From positions 1 to 35,359 of IMG/VR virus record IMGVR_UViG_2545824719_000022: a stretch of 35,359 nucleotides of DNA. One strand, written 5' to 3'. Of this stretch, positions 17,392-27,075 are shown one piece after another. The stretch's first letter is position 1. Every line of letters begins with the position of its first letter. Position numbers and translations under genes: made by a program. The notes under the pieces are model-generated. The model saw only the letters and a list, made by a program, of their open reading frames with translations, did not search any database and was not told where the DNA came from. Origin of the DNA: a virus. Its lineage: Duplodnaviria > Heunggongvirae > Uroviricota > Caudoviricetes.

Positions 17392-17844
17392 CTAACGGTC
17401 GAGGTGAGCCAGGATAATCTCTTCAATCATCTGCACATCCTCACCGGTAAAGCCGAGCAGAGGACGCGCCGGATAATCAATTTTCTTACCGTCTTTCCGG
17501 GTTTCTTCCGACAGACCAAACTGATGCACGCTGGCGATTTTCGGTGACTTCCCGCCGTAAAATTCCATTGATGCCTGTTCCGGGCTGGCGCGGATATGCA
17601 AAAAACGACTGGTGATAAGTTTCGCAAACATTTTTCGCTTAACGCGACCGGTCTTTTTTCTGGCGCTCTGCTGCTGGCGTGGCGCATAGGGTGTGCCATC
17701 CGGGGCTTTCTGTGCCATCACCCGACGCTGCTGACTCTGCCGCAGACGTTTCGCCAGTTCGGCACTCAGTCGCCGACGCCCTGACGGTGACAGCGACTCA
17801 ATCAGTCCGGTCAGCCGGTCTTCAAAACGCTTAAACTCATTCAT
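17392..17844 (-). CDS. S: Tail completion protein gpS
   Basis: 150-aa ORF with ATG start; P2 S-like; overlaps R. Confidence 0.85.
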   Translation of the reverse strand: MNEFKRFEDRLTGLIESLSPSGRRRLSAELAKRLRQSQQRRVMAQKAPDGTPYAPRQQQSARKKTGRVKRKMFAKLITSRFLHIRASPEQASMEFYGGKSPKIASVHQFGLSEETRKDGKKIDYPARPLLGFTGEDVQMIEEIILAHLDR

Positions 17845-18313
17845 CCCACTTGCTCACCAGTTCGCCATTGATATAAAGCTCCACCGGGCGGGTGACCGGC
17901 TCCGGCGGCGGAGGTTCCGGGATATTCTTCACATGCAGTGCGCCGTCCACCTCACTGACCAGCGTTCGCTCGGTCAGCATCAGGCTGATGCTGATATCAA
18001 AGCTGCTGTCATTGTTGATGTCTGCATAAAACGTGAAGCCCTTTTTCTGACCTGCGTCGGTGGTCATGATGTCGGGCTGATTTACCCGCAGCCACGCCAG
18101 CACCGGCACGATGAGCAGGTCAAAATCACCGGTAAAGTCGGTCACAATGACATTGAGCGTGTAACGCTTTTCGAATGACAACGACGTCGCCAGCGTGGAG
18201 GCAATACTCCCGTGATCCACGAATATCCGCAGCATCTCTGGACTGGTTTTCAGCACCGTGACGGCATCAGTCAGCGCCCTGCGCAGGCTGTCGGGTTTGA
18301 GCATCGTTTTCAT
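17837..18313 (-). CDS. R: Tail completion protein gpR
   Basis: 158-aa ORF with ATG start (alternative ATG 9 nt downstream at 18304); P2 R-like. Confidence 0.85.
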   Translation of the reverse strand: MKTMLKPDSLRRALTDAVTVLKTSPEMLRIFVDHGSIASTLATSLSFEKRYTLNVIVTDFTGDFDLLIVPVLAWLRVNQPDIMTTDAGQKKGFTFYADINNDSSFDISISLMLTERTLVSEVDGALHVKNIPEPPPPEPVTRPVELYINGELVSKWDE

Positions 18314-18557
18314 CCTGACAGTGTTTAATCATTTTTACCTGGCTGGCACAGCGTGCCAGCGCGTTCTCAAGCTGCCGGATATCGGCACTTAAATCGCCGT
18401 TCGTCTGCGGGTCACTGCCCGGCATCGGGCAAAGACTCACTTTCGGGCAGGCGTTGGCGACAATCACTGGCGTCGGTGCAGGCCGGACGCTGGTGCAACC
18501 GGCGCACAACATCAGGCAGGTCAGCACCATACCAGCGGCGGAAATCTTCGTTTTCAT
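18267..18557 (-). CDS. lysC: LysC, Rz1-like outer-membrane lipoprotein spanin, embedded out of frame in lysB and overlapping R
   Basis: Internal ATG at 18557 gives MKTKISAAGMVLTCLMLCAGC..., a signal peptide with a lipobox-like Cys, followed by a Pro-rich segment; nested in the +1 frame of lysB, the usual spanin arrangement. Confidence 0.65.
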   Translation of the reverse strand: MKTKISAAGMVLTCLMLCAGCTSVRPAPTPVIVANACPKVSLCPMPGSDPQTNGDLSADIRQLENALARCASQVKMIKHCQDENDAQTRQPAQGAD

Positions 18558-18837
18558 TGAGTAATCTCGTGATGGTTTTCTCGCGCTGAGCTTCACGCTT
18601 CGCGGCGTTTTCCAGTTCCTGACGCAGTGCCACCTGCGCCATCTCGTTTTTGTCTGCCCTGGTGAGGGCAACATGAAGCTGATTTTTCAGCATGGTGATG
18701 GTCGTCTGCTGCCCGCTGGCGACGTTGTTCGCCCTGTCCAGCGAGGCGCGCAGGCTGGCGTTTTCATGTTTCACCAGAAACAGACCGGCCACCGCCAGTG
18801 ATAACAACACAACCAGCACAATCATCAGCTTTGACAT
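18412..18837 (-). CDS. lysB: LysB, Rz-like inner-membrane spanin
   Basis: 141-aa ORF with ATG start; N-terminal TM helix (LMIVLVVLLSLAVAGLFLV) then coiled-coil; P2 LysB-like. Confidence 0.8.
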   Translation of the reverse strand: MSKLMIVLVVLLSLAVAGLFLVKHENASLRASLDRANNVASGQQTTITMLKNQLHVALTRADKNEMAQVALRQELENAAKREAQREKTITRLLNENEDFRRWYGADLPDVVRRLHQRPACTDASDCRQRLPESESLPDAGQ

Positions 18838-19250
18838 GGTTCCCGCCCCTCAAAACGCTGACAGCAGGCCGTACGTATCAGCCGGAAGAACACCGATGCC
18901 ACGAGATAAATCAGCGCGGTAAAAATCCACCCGGCAGCGACCAGCGAGATAAATGTCGCCACCATCACCACCAGAGCCGCCGCCCGTCTGCGCCACGGCA
19001 CCGGCTGCAAAAACAGCGACGTGACAATCTTCACGGCCAGCGATTCCGGTGGCAGCTCCCGCCCGTAGCGTTCCAGTACATACTCTGTGGCATACACGCC
19101 GACACCACCGGCAACCACACAGATAACCGTCACCAGAATCGCCCAGGTGGCGACAAAACTGACGGCCACGCTCTGCGGGTAAATCAGGGACAGTGCCAGC
19201 ATCAGCGCCAGCGACACGTTCAGCATCAGTGAAAGGGATAATTTCTTCAT
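18825..19250 (-). CDS. lysA: LysA, membrane protein controlling lysis timing
   Basis: 141-aa ORF with ATG start, multiple hydrophobic helices; located between K and lysB as in P2. Confidence 0.8.
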   Translation of the reverse strand: MKKLSLSLMLNVSLALMLALSLIYPQSVAVSFVATWAILVTVICVVAGGVGVYATEYVLERYGRELPPESLAVKIVTSLFLQPVPWRRRAAALVVMVATFISLVAAGWIFTALIYLVASVFFRLIRTACCQRFEGREPCQS

Positions 19251-19264
19251 GGTGTTTACTCCGT

Positions 19265-19762
19265 TTAAGCCGGTACGCCACCGGCGGTACGCCAGACGGT
19301 GACCAGTTTTTCCAGTGAATGCTCACGCTGACCGTAACCGGCACCCGGCAGGGACGCCCAGATATTGCGACAGCGTGAAATGGCGCGCTCAATGCGTCCC
19401 GCCCGGATGTCATCCAGTGCACCGCGTTCGCGGATCAACTGAATGGCGAGTCTGTCCTGTGACAACGGACTGAAATCCGGCAGGGCAAGCTGTTTGCGGT
19501 AATGCGGCCAGAACAGGTAAAGCTGCTGATAGCGACCGGAAGCCGTGGATTTTTCACCGCGACGGTTAAACACCTTCGCCGGTCGGCCATGCGCGAACGG
19601 GTGGTCACTGTAGTCGGTGAAAATTTCCGGCTTTCCGTCCAGTCCGGTGACTATCACGTCATATCCCCGGTTTTTCGTCAGCGGATGGTTCGCCGTCCCT
19701 TCGGACACCGCCAGCATGTCGAGAAAGGCGGCGATATTCTGATGCGTGTTAATTACCGGCAT
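19265..19762 (-). CDS. K: Endolysin gpK (lysozyme-like)
   Basis: 165-aa ORF with ATG start; P2 K-like; follows holin Y. Confidence 0.88.
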   Translation of the reverse strand: MPVINTHQNIAAFLDMLAVSEGTANHPLTKNRGYDVIVTGLDGKPEIFTDYSDHPFAHGRPAKVFNRRGEKSTASGRYQQLYLFWPHYRKQLALPDFSPLSQDRLAIQLIRERGALDDIRAGRIERAISRCRNIWASLPGAGYGQREHSLEKLVTVWRTAGGVPA

Positions 19763-20043
19763 TACGGTTTCCCCCTGCCCTTAAAGCGGCGCTGAATGGC
19801 AATCTCAATCACCTGATAACCGGCGATACCCAGCATGGAGCCGATACCGCACACCGCAGGCAGTGACAGGTCAGGAAACTGCACCAGAACAACACCGGCA
19901 ACCATCGAGACAAAACCACCGAGCAACATGCGCCCGATAAACAGACGCGGGGTGATGGGTTCACCACCGGCAAGCACCTTGCCGACAACAATCAGCACCC
20001 CAATCATGAAAAGCGACAGGACGCTTTTTTCTTCTGCTGTCAT
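19762..20043 (-). CDS. Y: Holin gpY
   Basis: 93-aa ORF with ATG start; hydrophobic helices and charged C-terminus (RRFKGRGKP); P2 Y-like. Confidence 0.85.
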   Translation of the reverse strand: MTAEEKSVLSLFMIGVLIVVGKVLAGGEPITPRLFIGRMLLGGFVSMVAGVVLVQFPDLSLPAVCGIGSMLGIAGYQVIEIAIQRRFKGRGKP

Positions 20044-20046
20044 GCG

Positions 20047-20250
20047 TTACTCCCACAGATTGACAGTTTCAGCCACGGGCGCGGTCTGAACGTCGGGCAG
20101 TTCGACGGCGGTGCCGTGTGGCAGCACCGCACCCAGTTCAGCCAGTCCCGGATTTGCGGCGAGCACGGTCTCAACCACGCCCTCAGTGCGCCCGTAATAC
20201 CGGACACAAATGGCGTCGAGCGTGTCGCCCTGTAGCGCAAAGGTCTTCAT
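20047..20250 (-). CDS. X: Tail protein gpX
   Basis: 67-aa product from ATG at 20250 (MKTFALQGDTLDAICVRYYGRTEG...), overlapping the L stop (TGATG); the longer track ORF is an upstream extension. Confidence 0.8.
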   Translation of the reverse strand: MKTFALQGDTLDAICVRYYGRTEGVVETVLAANPGLAELGAVLPHGTAVELPDVQTAPVAETVNLWE

Positions 20251-20759
20251 CAGATTTGACTCACGATGCAGCGCGGCTTGTCCTGGATGCGCGCCACCGC
20301 CCAGCGCATATCCCGCCACAGTTCATCAATGGTGCTGTCAATGCTGTCGGCCTTCTTGTCGCCTTTCGCACTGGCATCCACGCCGCGATAACGCTCATAA
20401 AGCGACGCGGTCGCCATCGCACACACGGCGCGCTCGTAGTAAAAAACCTTGATGCTTTCACCGTCGATATCGTCCGCCGGGACGTCAGCCAGACGCGTAA
20501 AACCGGCGGCAATTTTCTGTTCGCGGTACTCGTACAGCTCCGCATTCGTCTCCGCCATGCCTGACTTGATGGCCTCACGCAGACGGGCGGGGGCGACGGT
20601 CTGCTCAAGGCGCATACGTTCCCGGACGCGCTTCGGGTCGATATCGGGAAAAAAGAACGTGTTTTTAATCACCGGCTCGTCGCCTGCCGGTTGCGGGATG
20701 ACCACCGTACCCTCACCGGACACGGGAGCCTCCTTTCGCGGAATAATCAGCGTCATCAT
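20250..20759 (-). CDS. L: Head completion protein gpL
   Basis: 169-aa product from ATG at 20759, preceded by SD GAGGT; the track's 189-aa version starts at an upstream GTG. P2 L-like. Confidence 0.85.
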   Translation of the reverse strand: MMTLIIPRKEAPVSGEGTVVIPQPAGDEPVIKNTFFFPDIDPKRVRERMRLEQTVAPARLREAIKSGMAETNAELYEYREQKIAAGFTRLADVPADDIDGESIKVFYYERAVCAMATASLYERYRGVDASAKGDKKADSIDSTIDELWRDMRWAVARIQDKPRCIVSQI

Positions 20760-20858
20760 GACTACCTCTGAAAAGTCGGGCGGTGGACGCCGGTGCAGTG
20801 TCAGGTGATTCACCCTCACTGACCGGCGTGCCGCCCTGGCGCGGGGCGCATTCGGTTG

Positions 20859-21602
20859 TTAACTGGCTTTCTTTTTCGGGCGTCCACGTTTTGCCGGGGT
20901 CGCACTCCGGGTCTTACGCGGGGCGCGAGTGGCCGCTTTGGGCTGCGGCTCCGGCTTCGGTTTCAGCTCCCGCTCCAGTCGTTCAATCTCTTTTTTGACG
21001 CCTGCCTGACAGTCGAGCTGTGTCGCACGTTGCAGGTGAGCCAGCGCACCGGCGGCATCACCGGCGTCACGCAGAAACAGACCGGTGATTTTGTGCAGCT
21101 TTGCGCGCACTTCATCAGGCATGTCTGCCGTGGCAGTCAGTTCAAGGGTGTCCGTCAGCAGGCGGGGATCCACGGATTCACCGGCAGCGTGAGCGCGCAT
21201 GGCCGCAAGCGCCACCTCCTCGGTGAACATGTACGGCGGGGTGCGGCGGTGTTTCCCCGGCATGGTCAGACCGTACTTCAGGGCATAACGGGCAATCTCC
21301 AGCGCACCGGCAATATCGCCGGTATCCAGACGCCACAGCATGACCGTCATCAGAATGTCATCCTGTGCACCTTTGCCCTGCTCCAGCACGCCGTTCACCC
21401 ACGGCAACCAGAACGGCAGCAGTTCGCGTTTTTTCGCGGCCTTCAGCTCTTTTGAATAAATCGCTTTCAGTGTGCGCTGGTCTGCGGCGAGCTTAACCAG
21501 CATCTGCTCATAGACAGTTGCATGTCGCAACGGGGCGGCTTCCCGCTGCGCGGTCATCGCTGCCGAGACCCGCATCATGTGACGCTGTGCGGGACTCGTC
21601 AT
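20859..21602 (-). CDS. M: Terminase endonuclease (small) subunit gpM
   Basis: 247-aa ORF with ATG start; basic C-terminal tail; P2 M-like. Confidence 0.88.
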   Translation of the reverse strand: MTSPAQRHMMRVSAAMTAQREAAPLRHATVYEQMLVKLAADQRTLKAIYSKELKAAKKRELLPFWLPWVNGVLEQGKGAQDDILMTVMLWRLDTGDIAGALEIARYALKYGLTMPGKHRRTPPYMFTEEVALAAMRAHAAGESVDPRLLTDTLELTATADMPDEVRAKLHKITGLFLRDAGDAAGALAHLQRATQLDCQAGVKKEIERLERELKPKPEPQPKAATRAPRKTRSATPAKRGRPKKKAS

Positions 21603-21605
21603 CGG

Positions 21606-22679
21606 TTACGCTCCCGGCTCTGCGGTCGCTTTAGCCGGTGTGGAGAAATCACCGACCTTAATTTTTTCCACCAGACAACCGGCGGCGTAGTCCTCCACCA
21701 CGTAATCAATGTTCATTGACTCGTAGTTCTCCACGCGGTCGAGTTTCGGGTTTTCCTCAATCACGCGGCGATGGCTGTCATCCATGTAGTAGATGGACAG
21801 GTTTTCCAGCTTCGTGATGAGCATCGCATCTGCCGGGAAGTACGGGACGCGCACTGCCGGCAGGTTACCGATGCGTTTCTGGCTGATGATGACGTCAGCG
21901 GCCAGCATCTCGCTGTTGTCCTGCTCCTTGTTAACGATGGGGAAATACTTGTCCGCCAGTAGCTGACGCCCCACAATCACCACAAGGTCAGGGTCTTCCT
22001 GATACCACGGCTCAATCAGGTTGTTGGTCGCATCCATCACCAGTGCATCGAGGCTGGCATAATCACCGCCCTTACCCACGCGGATGACCTCAGAGGTCGT
22101 GTGCCCTTCCTCGTCAGTGACCTTGCTCATCACGCGCGCCGGGGCTTCATTGCGGTATTTCTGCAGCCAGCCGACCGCCACATCCTGTAGCATCGGATTG
22201 CTGCTGCGGTCAGAGGTTTCGGCACGCTTCACGCCGTTAAAACCGGCCATGATGAAATCAAGGGACTGGCGTTTGATAATGGCGTTACGGATACGGAGCT
22301 GGAAATCCTGATAACGCGCCCACAGGTCAAGCGTTTTGTAGCGGATATAAAAATCGAAGTTAATCTGGTCGCATTCGTACTTGTTTGACGCCAGCTTCGA
22401 GAAGTCCTTCGGCTGACGCTCGGTGCCACCGGCGGTGTCGGTGGTGCTGGCGATGGAGCCGGTGACACCAATACCAATTTTTTCCCCTTTCATTTCGCTG
22501 ACCGGCACAATGTTGATGCGGGTCAGAAAGTCAGAGGACTCCTGCATGGTGTTCATCAGGGTCTGGGTGACCGACGGTTCAACGGTGAATTTTTTCGACA
22601 CATCACCGGCGTCGATGCCGTTCAGTTCGGCAACACGGGACAGGTAGGCATTAAATTTAAAGCGGGTTTCCTGGCGCAT
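21606..22679 (-). CDS. N: Major capsid protein gpN
   Basis: 357-aa ORF with ATG start; P2 N-like. Confidence 0.9.
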   Translation of the reverse strand: MRQETRFKFNAYLSRVAELNGIDAGDVSKKFTVEPSVTQTLMNTMQESSDFLTRINIVPVSEMKGEKIGIGVTGSIASTTDTAGGTERQPKDFSKLASNKYECDQINFDFYIRYKTLDLWARYQDFQLRIRNAIIKRQSLDFIMAGFNGVKRAETSDRSSNPMLQDVAVGWLQKYRNEAPARVMSKVTDEEGHTTSEVIRVGKGGDYASLDALVMDATNNLIEPWYQEDPDLVVIVGRQLLADKYFPIVNKEQDNSEMLAADVIISQKRIGNLPAVRVPYFPADAMLITKLENLSIYYMDDSHRRVIEENPKLDRVENYESMNIDYVVEDYAAGCLVEKIKVGDFSTPAKATAEPGA

Positions 22680-22737
22680 AGTTTTTCCTGAAATTAAGGG
22701 TTAATCGTGAAGGTTTTCCCGGACTGACTGACGCCGG

Positions 22738-23592
22738 TCAGCAGTTCGTCATCAGGGCGTCACCGCCACCACCGGTGGCCTTGCTGCGGCGCTGCTGGGT
22801 CAGACTTTCGGTGTGGTCGAGACTGTTTTTCAGGCGGGTGAATGCCTGGCTGGTTTCATCCGCCCTGTCAGTCACATCCTGCTTAAGTGCGGAAAAAGCG
22901 GTTTCCATCTCAGCGAGGCGCTGCTCAGTGGCGCTCAGTTTTTCCTGCACATGTTCAGCAACAGCGGTCACCGCTTCATGCACGTCATTCAGACGGGCGT
23001 CATCGCTGGCCTGTTTGCGGCCAAAAATGGACTTCACCTTTTCGGTCAGGGCGGTGAACACGGTTTCAGGCAGGTCTTCAAATTCCAGCTCAACGGGCGT
23101 TGCCACTGAAATCAGGTTTTCAGGGCTTAATTTGAAGCGGTTCAGGGGGTTGTGTTTTGCCGTGCGGCAGAATTCTAGGTATTCCGTGCCGAGGCTTGCC
23201 GGGTCATCGGTGACGGCCAGCCCCACCAGATAACATTTGCCGGTGTTGGCAAAGTTCGGCTGAATTTCCATTGAGGTGTAGACCTTCTGCGCGGCCTTGT
23301 TCATCGCGATAAGGTCATCGGTCGGGGTGATTTTCGCAAACAGCGCCCATTTGCCTTTCAGCGCCGAATCATCGTCAATCTTTTCGGCCTTCAGTTCGGC
23401 CACATCGCCATAACGTTTAAAAATACCGTCAGGCAGGATGCCGCGCAGATGTTCCAGGTTAATACGGCAACCATAGACTCGCGGGTCAAAGGTTTCGGCC
23501 ATTTCCTGAATATCCTGCGCACTGATGACACGCCCGTCACAGGTGTCACCCTCAACGCCGATACGAAAGAATTTTGAGACTTTTTTTGCCAT
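22738..23592 (-). CDS. O: Capsid scaffolding protein gpO
   Basis: 284-aa product from ATG at 23592 (MAKKVSKFFRIGVEGDT...); the track ORF extends 22 codons further upstream. P2 O-like. Confidence 0.85.
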   Translation of the reverse strand: MAKKVSKFFRIGVEGDTCDGRVISAQDIQEMAETFDPRVYGCRINLEHLRGILPDGIFKRYGDVAELKAEKIDDDSALKGKWALFAKITPTDDLIAMNKAAQKVYTSMEIQPNFANTGKCYLVGLAVTDDPASLGTEYLEFCRTAKHNPLNRFKLSPENLISVATPVELEFEDLPETVFTALTEKVKSIFGRKQASDDARLNDVHEAVTAVAEHVQEKLSATEQRLAEMETAFSALKQDVTDRADETSQAFTRLKNSLDHTESLTQQRRSKATGGGGDALMTNC

Positions 23593-23765
23593 TGTCAGGA
23601 GTCCTGAATAGTGATTAGAGGAGTCACATGTCGGCATCAGTTTCCCGACGATGCGCATCCTCCGCCATCAGTCCCGGATGGCTTATCACTGACACAACAG
23701 CACCTTAGCGAATCGCGGGGCGCGACTCAGTAGCCTTGCCGTGTATTCATCACGGCGAGGTATTC
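23593..23765. promoter_or_regulatory. Divergent late promoter region between O and P (expected Ogr-dependent)
   Basis: 173-bp intergenic region between two divergently transcribed late operons, as in P2. I could not find a clean TGT-N12-ACA Ogr-type dyad by eye, so exact elements are unassigned. Confidence 0.45.
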
Positions 23766-25538
23766 ATGACCATCACCACAGACACCACTCTTTTACACGA
23801 CCCGCGTCGTCAGGCGGCGCTGCTGTACTGGCAGGGATTTTCCGTGCCGCAGATTGCCGCCATGTTGCAGATGAAGCGCCCGACGGTGCAGAGCTGGAAA
23901 CAGCGCGACGGCTGGGACAGCGTTGCTCCCATCAGCCGTGTCGAAATGAGTCTGGAAGCGCGGCTGACCCAGCTCATCATCAAACCGCAGAAAACCGGCG
24001 GTGACTTCAAGGAAATTGACCTGCTCGGACGCCAGATTGAACGACTGGCGCGGGTCAACCGTTACAGCCAGACCGGCAACGAGGCAGACCTTAATCCGAA
24101 CGTTGCTAACCGCAACAAAGGCGGGCGTCGCAAACCGAAAAAGAATTTTTTCAGTGACGAGGCCATCGAAAAGCTGGAGCAGATTTTCTTTGAGCAGTCT
24201 TTCGACTATCAGTTGCACTGGTATCGCGCCGGGCTTGAGCACCGCATCCGCGATATCCTGAAATCCCGCCAGATTGGCGCGACGTTTTATTTTTCCCGCG
24301 AGGCGCTGCTGCGCGCCCTGAAAACCGGTCATAACCAGATTTTTCTGTCGGCCAGTAAAACGCAGGCGTATGTGTTCCGTGAATACATCATCGCCTTTGC
24401 CCGGCTGGTTGACGTTGACCTGACCGGTGACCCGATTGTCCTGGGCAATAACGGCGCAAAACTGATTTTTCTCGGCACCAACTCCAACACCGCACAGAGC
24501 CATAACGGCGACCTGTACGTCGACGAGATTTTCTGGATCCCGAATTTTCAGGTACTGCGTAAGGTGGCATCAGGTATGGCCTCACAGAGTCACCTGCGCT
24601 CGACCTATTTCTCCACCCCGTCCACGCTGGCGCACGACGCCTACCCGTTCTGGTCGGGTGAACTGTTCAACCGGGGACGCGCCAGCGCCGCCGAACGTGT
24701 GGAAATCGACGTCAGTCATAACGCCCTTGCCGGTGGTCTTCTCTGTGCGGACGGCCAGTGGCGGCAGATTGTCACCATTGAGGACGCCCTGAAAGGTGGC
24801 TGCACGCTGTTCGACATTGAGCAGCTCAAACGCGAAAACAGCGCCGACGATTTTAAAAACCTGTTCATGTGTGAATTTGTTGACGACAAGGCGTCAGTGT
24901 TCCCGTTCGAGGAGCTGCAACGCTGCATGGTCGACACGCTGGAAGAATGGGAAGACTATGCGCCGTTTGCCGCCAATCCGTTCGGCTCACGTCCGGTATG
25001 GATTGGTTACGACCCGTCACACCGTGGCGACAGCGCCGGATGCGTGGTGCTGGCACCGCCGGTGGTGGCCGGTGGCAAATTCAGAATACTTGAGCGTCAC
25101 CAGTGGAAAGGCATGGATTTTGCCACTCAGGCGGAATCCATCCGCAAACTCACCGAAAAATACAACGTCGAATACATCGGTATTGATGCCACCGGCCTCG
25201 GTGTCGGCGTGTTCCAGCTCGTGCGCTCGTTCTATCCCGCCGCGCGCGATATCCGCTACACGCCGGAAATGAAAACCGCAATGGTGCTCAAGGCAAAAGA
25301 CGTTATTCGCCGTGGCTGTCTGGAATATGACGTCAGCGCCACCGACATCACCAGCTCGTTCATGGCTATCCGCAAGACCATGACCAGCAGCGGACGCAGC
25401 GCCACCTATGAGGCCAGCCGCAGCGAGGAAGCCAGCCACGCCGACCTCGCATGGGCGACCATGCACGCTCTGTTAAATGAGCCACTCACCGCCGGTATCA
25501 GCACCCCGCTGACATCCACCATTCTGGAGTTTTACTGA
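23766..25538 (+). CDS. P: Terminase ATPase (large) subunit gpP
   Basis: 590-aa product from ATG at 23766 (SD GAGGT upstream): MTITTDTTLLHDPRRQAALLYWQGFS...; P2 P-like. Stop overlaps the Q start (TGATG). Confidence 0.9.
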   Translation: MTITTDTTLLHDPRRQAALLYWQGFSVPQIAAMLQMKRPTVQSWKQRDGWDSVAPISRVEMSLEARLTQLIIKPQKTGGDFKEIDLLGRQIERLARVNRYSQTGNEADLNPNVANRNKGGRRKPKKNFFSDEAIEKLEQIFFEQSFDYQLHWYRAGLEHRIRDILKSRQIGATFYFSREALLRALKTGHNQIFLSASKTQAYVFREYIIAFARLVDVDLTGDPIVLGNNGAKLIFLGTNSNTAQSHNGDLYVDEIFWIPNFQVLRKVASGMASQSHLRSTYFSTPSTLAHDAYPFWSGELFNRGRASAAERVEIDVSHNALAGGLLCADGQWRQIVTIEDALKGGCTLFDIEQLKRENSADDFKNLFMCEFVDDKASVFPFEELQRCMVDTLEEWEDYAPFAANPFGSRPVWIGYDPSHRGDSAGCVVLAPPVVAGGKFRILERHQWKGMDFATQAESIRKLTEKYNVEYIGIDATGLGVGVFQLVRSFYPAARDIRYTPEMKTAMVLKAKDVIRRGCLEYDVSATDITSSFMAIRKTMTSSGRSATYEASRSEEASHADLAWATMHALLNEPLTAGISTPLTSTILEFY

Positions 25539-26572
25539 TGAGCAAGAAAAAAGGGAAAACACCGCAACCTGCGGCAAAAAAAATGACCGCCAGCGCCCCG
25601 AAAATGGAGACATTCACCTTTGGTGAGCCGGTGCCGGTACTCGACCGCCGTGACATTCTGGATTACGTCGAGTGCATCAGTAACGGCAGATGGTATGAGC
25701 CACCGGTCAGCTTTACCGGTCTGGCAAAAAGCCTGCGTGCTGCCGTGCATCACAGCTCACCGATTTACGTTAAACGCAATATTCTGGCCTCGACATTTAT
25801 CCCGCATCCGTGGCTTTCACAGCAGAATTTCAGCCGCTTTGTGCTGGACTTTCTGGTGTTCGGTAATGCGTTTCTGGAAAAGCGATACAGCACCACCGGT
25901 AAGGTCATCAGACTGGAAACCTCACCGGCAAAATATACCCGCCGTGGCGTGGAAGAGGATGTTTACTGGTGGGTGCCGTCCTTCAACGAGCCGACACCTT
26001 TCGCGCCCGGCTCCGTGTTTCACCTGCTGGAGCCGGATATTAATCAGGAGCTGTACGGTCTGCCGGAATATCTCAGCGCCCTTAACTCTGCCTGGCTGAA
26101 TGAGTCGGCCACGCTGTTCCGCCGCAAGTATTACGAAAACGGCGCACATGCCGGATACATCATGTACGTCACCGATGCCGTGCAGGACCGCAACGATATC
26201 GAAATGCTTCGCGAAAACATGGTCAAGTCGAAAGGCCGCAACAACTTTAAAAACCTGTTTCTCTATGCCCCACAGGGGAAAGCCGACGGCATTAAAATTA
26301 TCCCCCTCAGTGAAGTGGCGACGAAGGACGATTTTTTTAATATCAAAAAAGCCAGCGCCGCTGACCTGCTGGACGCGCACCGCATCCCCTTTCAGTTGAT
26401 GGGTGGCAAGCCGGAGAACGTCGGGTCGCTGGGTGATATTGAGAAAGTGGCAAAGGTCTTTGTCCGCAATGAACTTATCCCGTTACAGGACAGGATCCGC
26501 GAGATAAACGGCTGGCTCGGTCAGGAGGTCATCCGCTTTAAAAACTACTCACTGGACCCTGACAACGGCTGA
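25538..26572 (+). CDS. Q: Portal protein gpQ
   Basis: 344-aa ORF with ATG start; P2 Q-like; last gene before cos. Confidence 0.9.
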   Translation: MSKKKGKTPQPAAKKMTASAPKMETFTFGEPVPVLDRRDILDYVECISNGRWYEPPVSFTGLAKSLRAAVHHSSPIYVKRNILASTFIPHPWLSQQNFSRFVLDFLVFGNAFLEKRYSTTGKVIRLETSPAKYTRRGVEEDVYWWVPSFNEPTPFAPGSVFHLLEPDINQELYGLPEYLSALNSAWLNESATLFRRKYYENGAHAGYIMYVTDAVQDRNDIEMLRENMVKSKGRNNFKNLFLYAPQGKADGIKIIPLSEVATKDDFFNIKKASAADLLDAHRIPFQLMGGKPENVGSLGDIEKVAKVFVRNELIPLQDRIREINGWLGQEVIRFKNYSLDPDNG

Positions 26573-26576
26573 ACAT

Positions 26577-26599
26577 CGCCGCCTGCGGGCGGCTTTTTT
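26577..26599 (+). terminator. Rho-independent terminator after Q
   Basis: GCCGCC-TGC-GGGCGGC hairpin followed by TTTTTT, 5 nt after the Q stop. Confidence 0.65.
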
Positions 26600-26741
26600 A
26601 CACCCTGTCATCACGCCCTCACACGCTCACCACCGCACAAAACATCCCGCAGACACACCAACGCCCCGGCGAACAATCTAAACGCCATCACGACGCGCTC
26701 AGACGCTGAAAAAATAAAATCAGCACCACCGCCAGCGCGCA

Positions 26742-26760
26742 GTGCTTTCCCCGCCTCGCC
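26742..26760. other. cos site (19-nt cohesive end)
   Basis: GTGCTTTCCCCGCCTCGCC is the reverse complement of GGCGAGGCGGGGAAAGCAC, which I recall as the P2 cohesive-end sequence; it lies between Q and the right-end accessory region, as expected. Confidence 0.75.
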
Positions 26761-27075
26761 CGCCCGCTTCATGGGGCGGTTTTAATGCAGTTGCATGATG
26801 AAACTGAAATCACATCAGCACTGACCGAAACTGACAAAAAGAATAGTATCTGACACATGCAAAAACACGCACTTAATATACGCCTATCTATAGCTCCTAC
26901 AGGATTGTCAAAAAACGACCAACTCGTCATAGCGTAAACACATTTGGCTCAACGAACACTTACGTTATATGCCTCTTGCACATATCAAAGTCTTAAGGTA
27001 GATCTTTACCACTAAGTGGCTATATTAAGCTGCTTTTTTACATACAATAAAAGCTTTATCGTATGAGGCATAAAA

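Noticed and set aside
23793-24503. 236-aa minus-strand ORF inside terminase gene P (and similar antisense ORFs at 25017-25466 and 20856-21455)
   Set aside because: Antisense shadows of strongly supported P2 backbone genes; no independent evidence.
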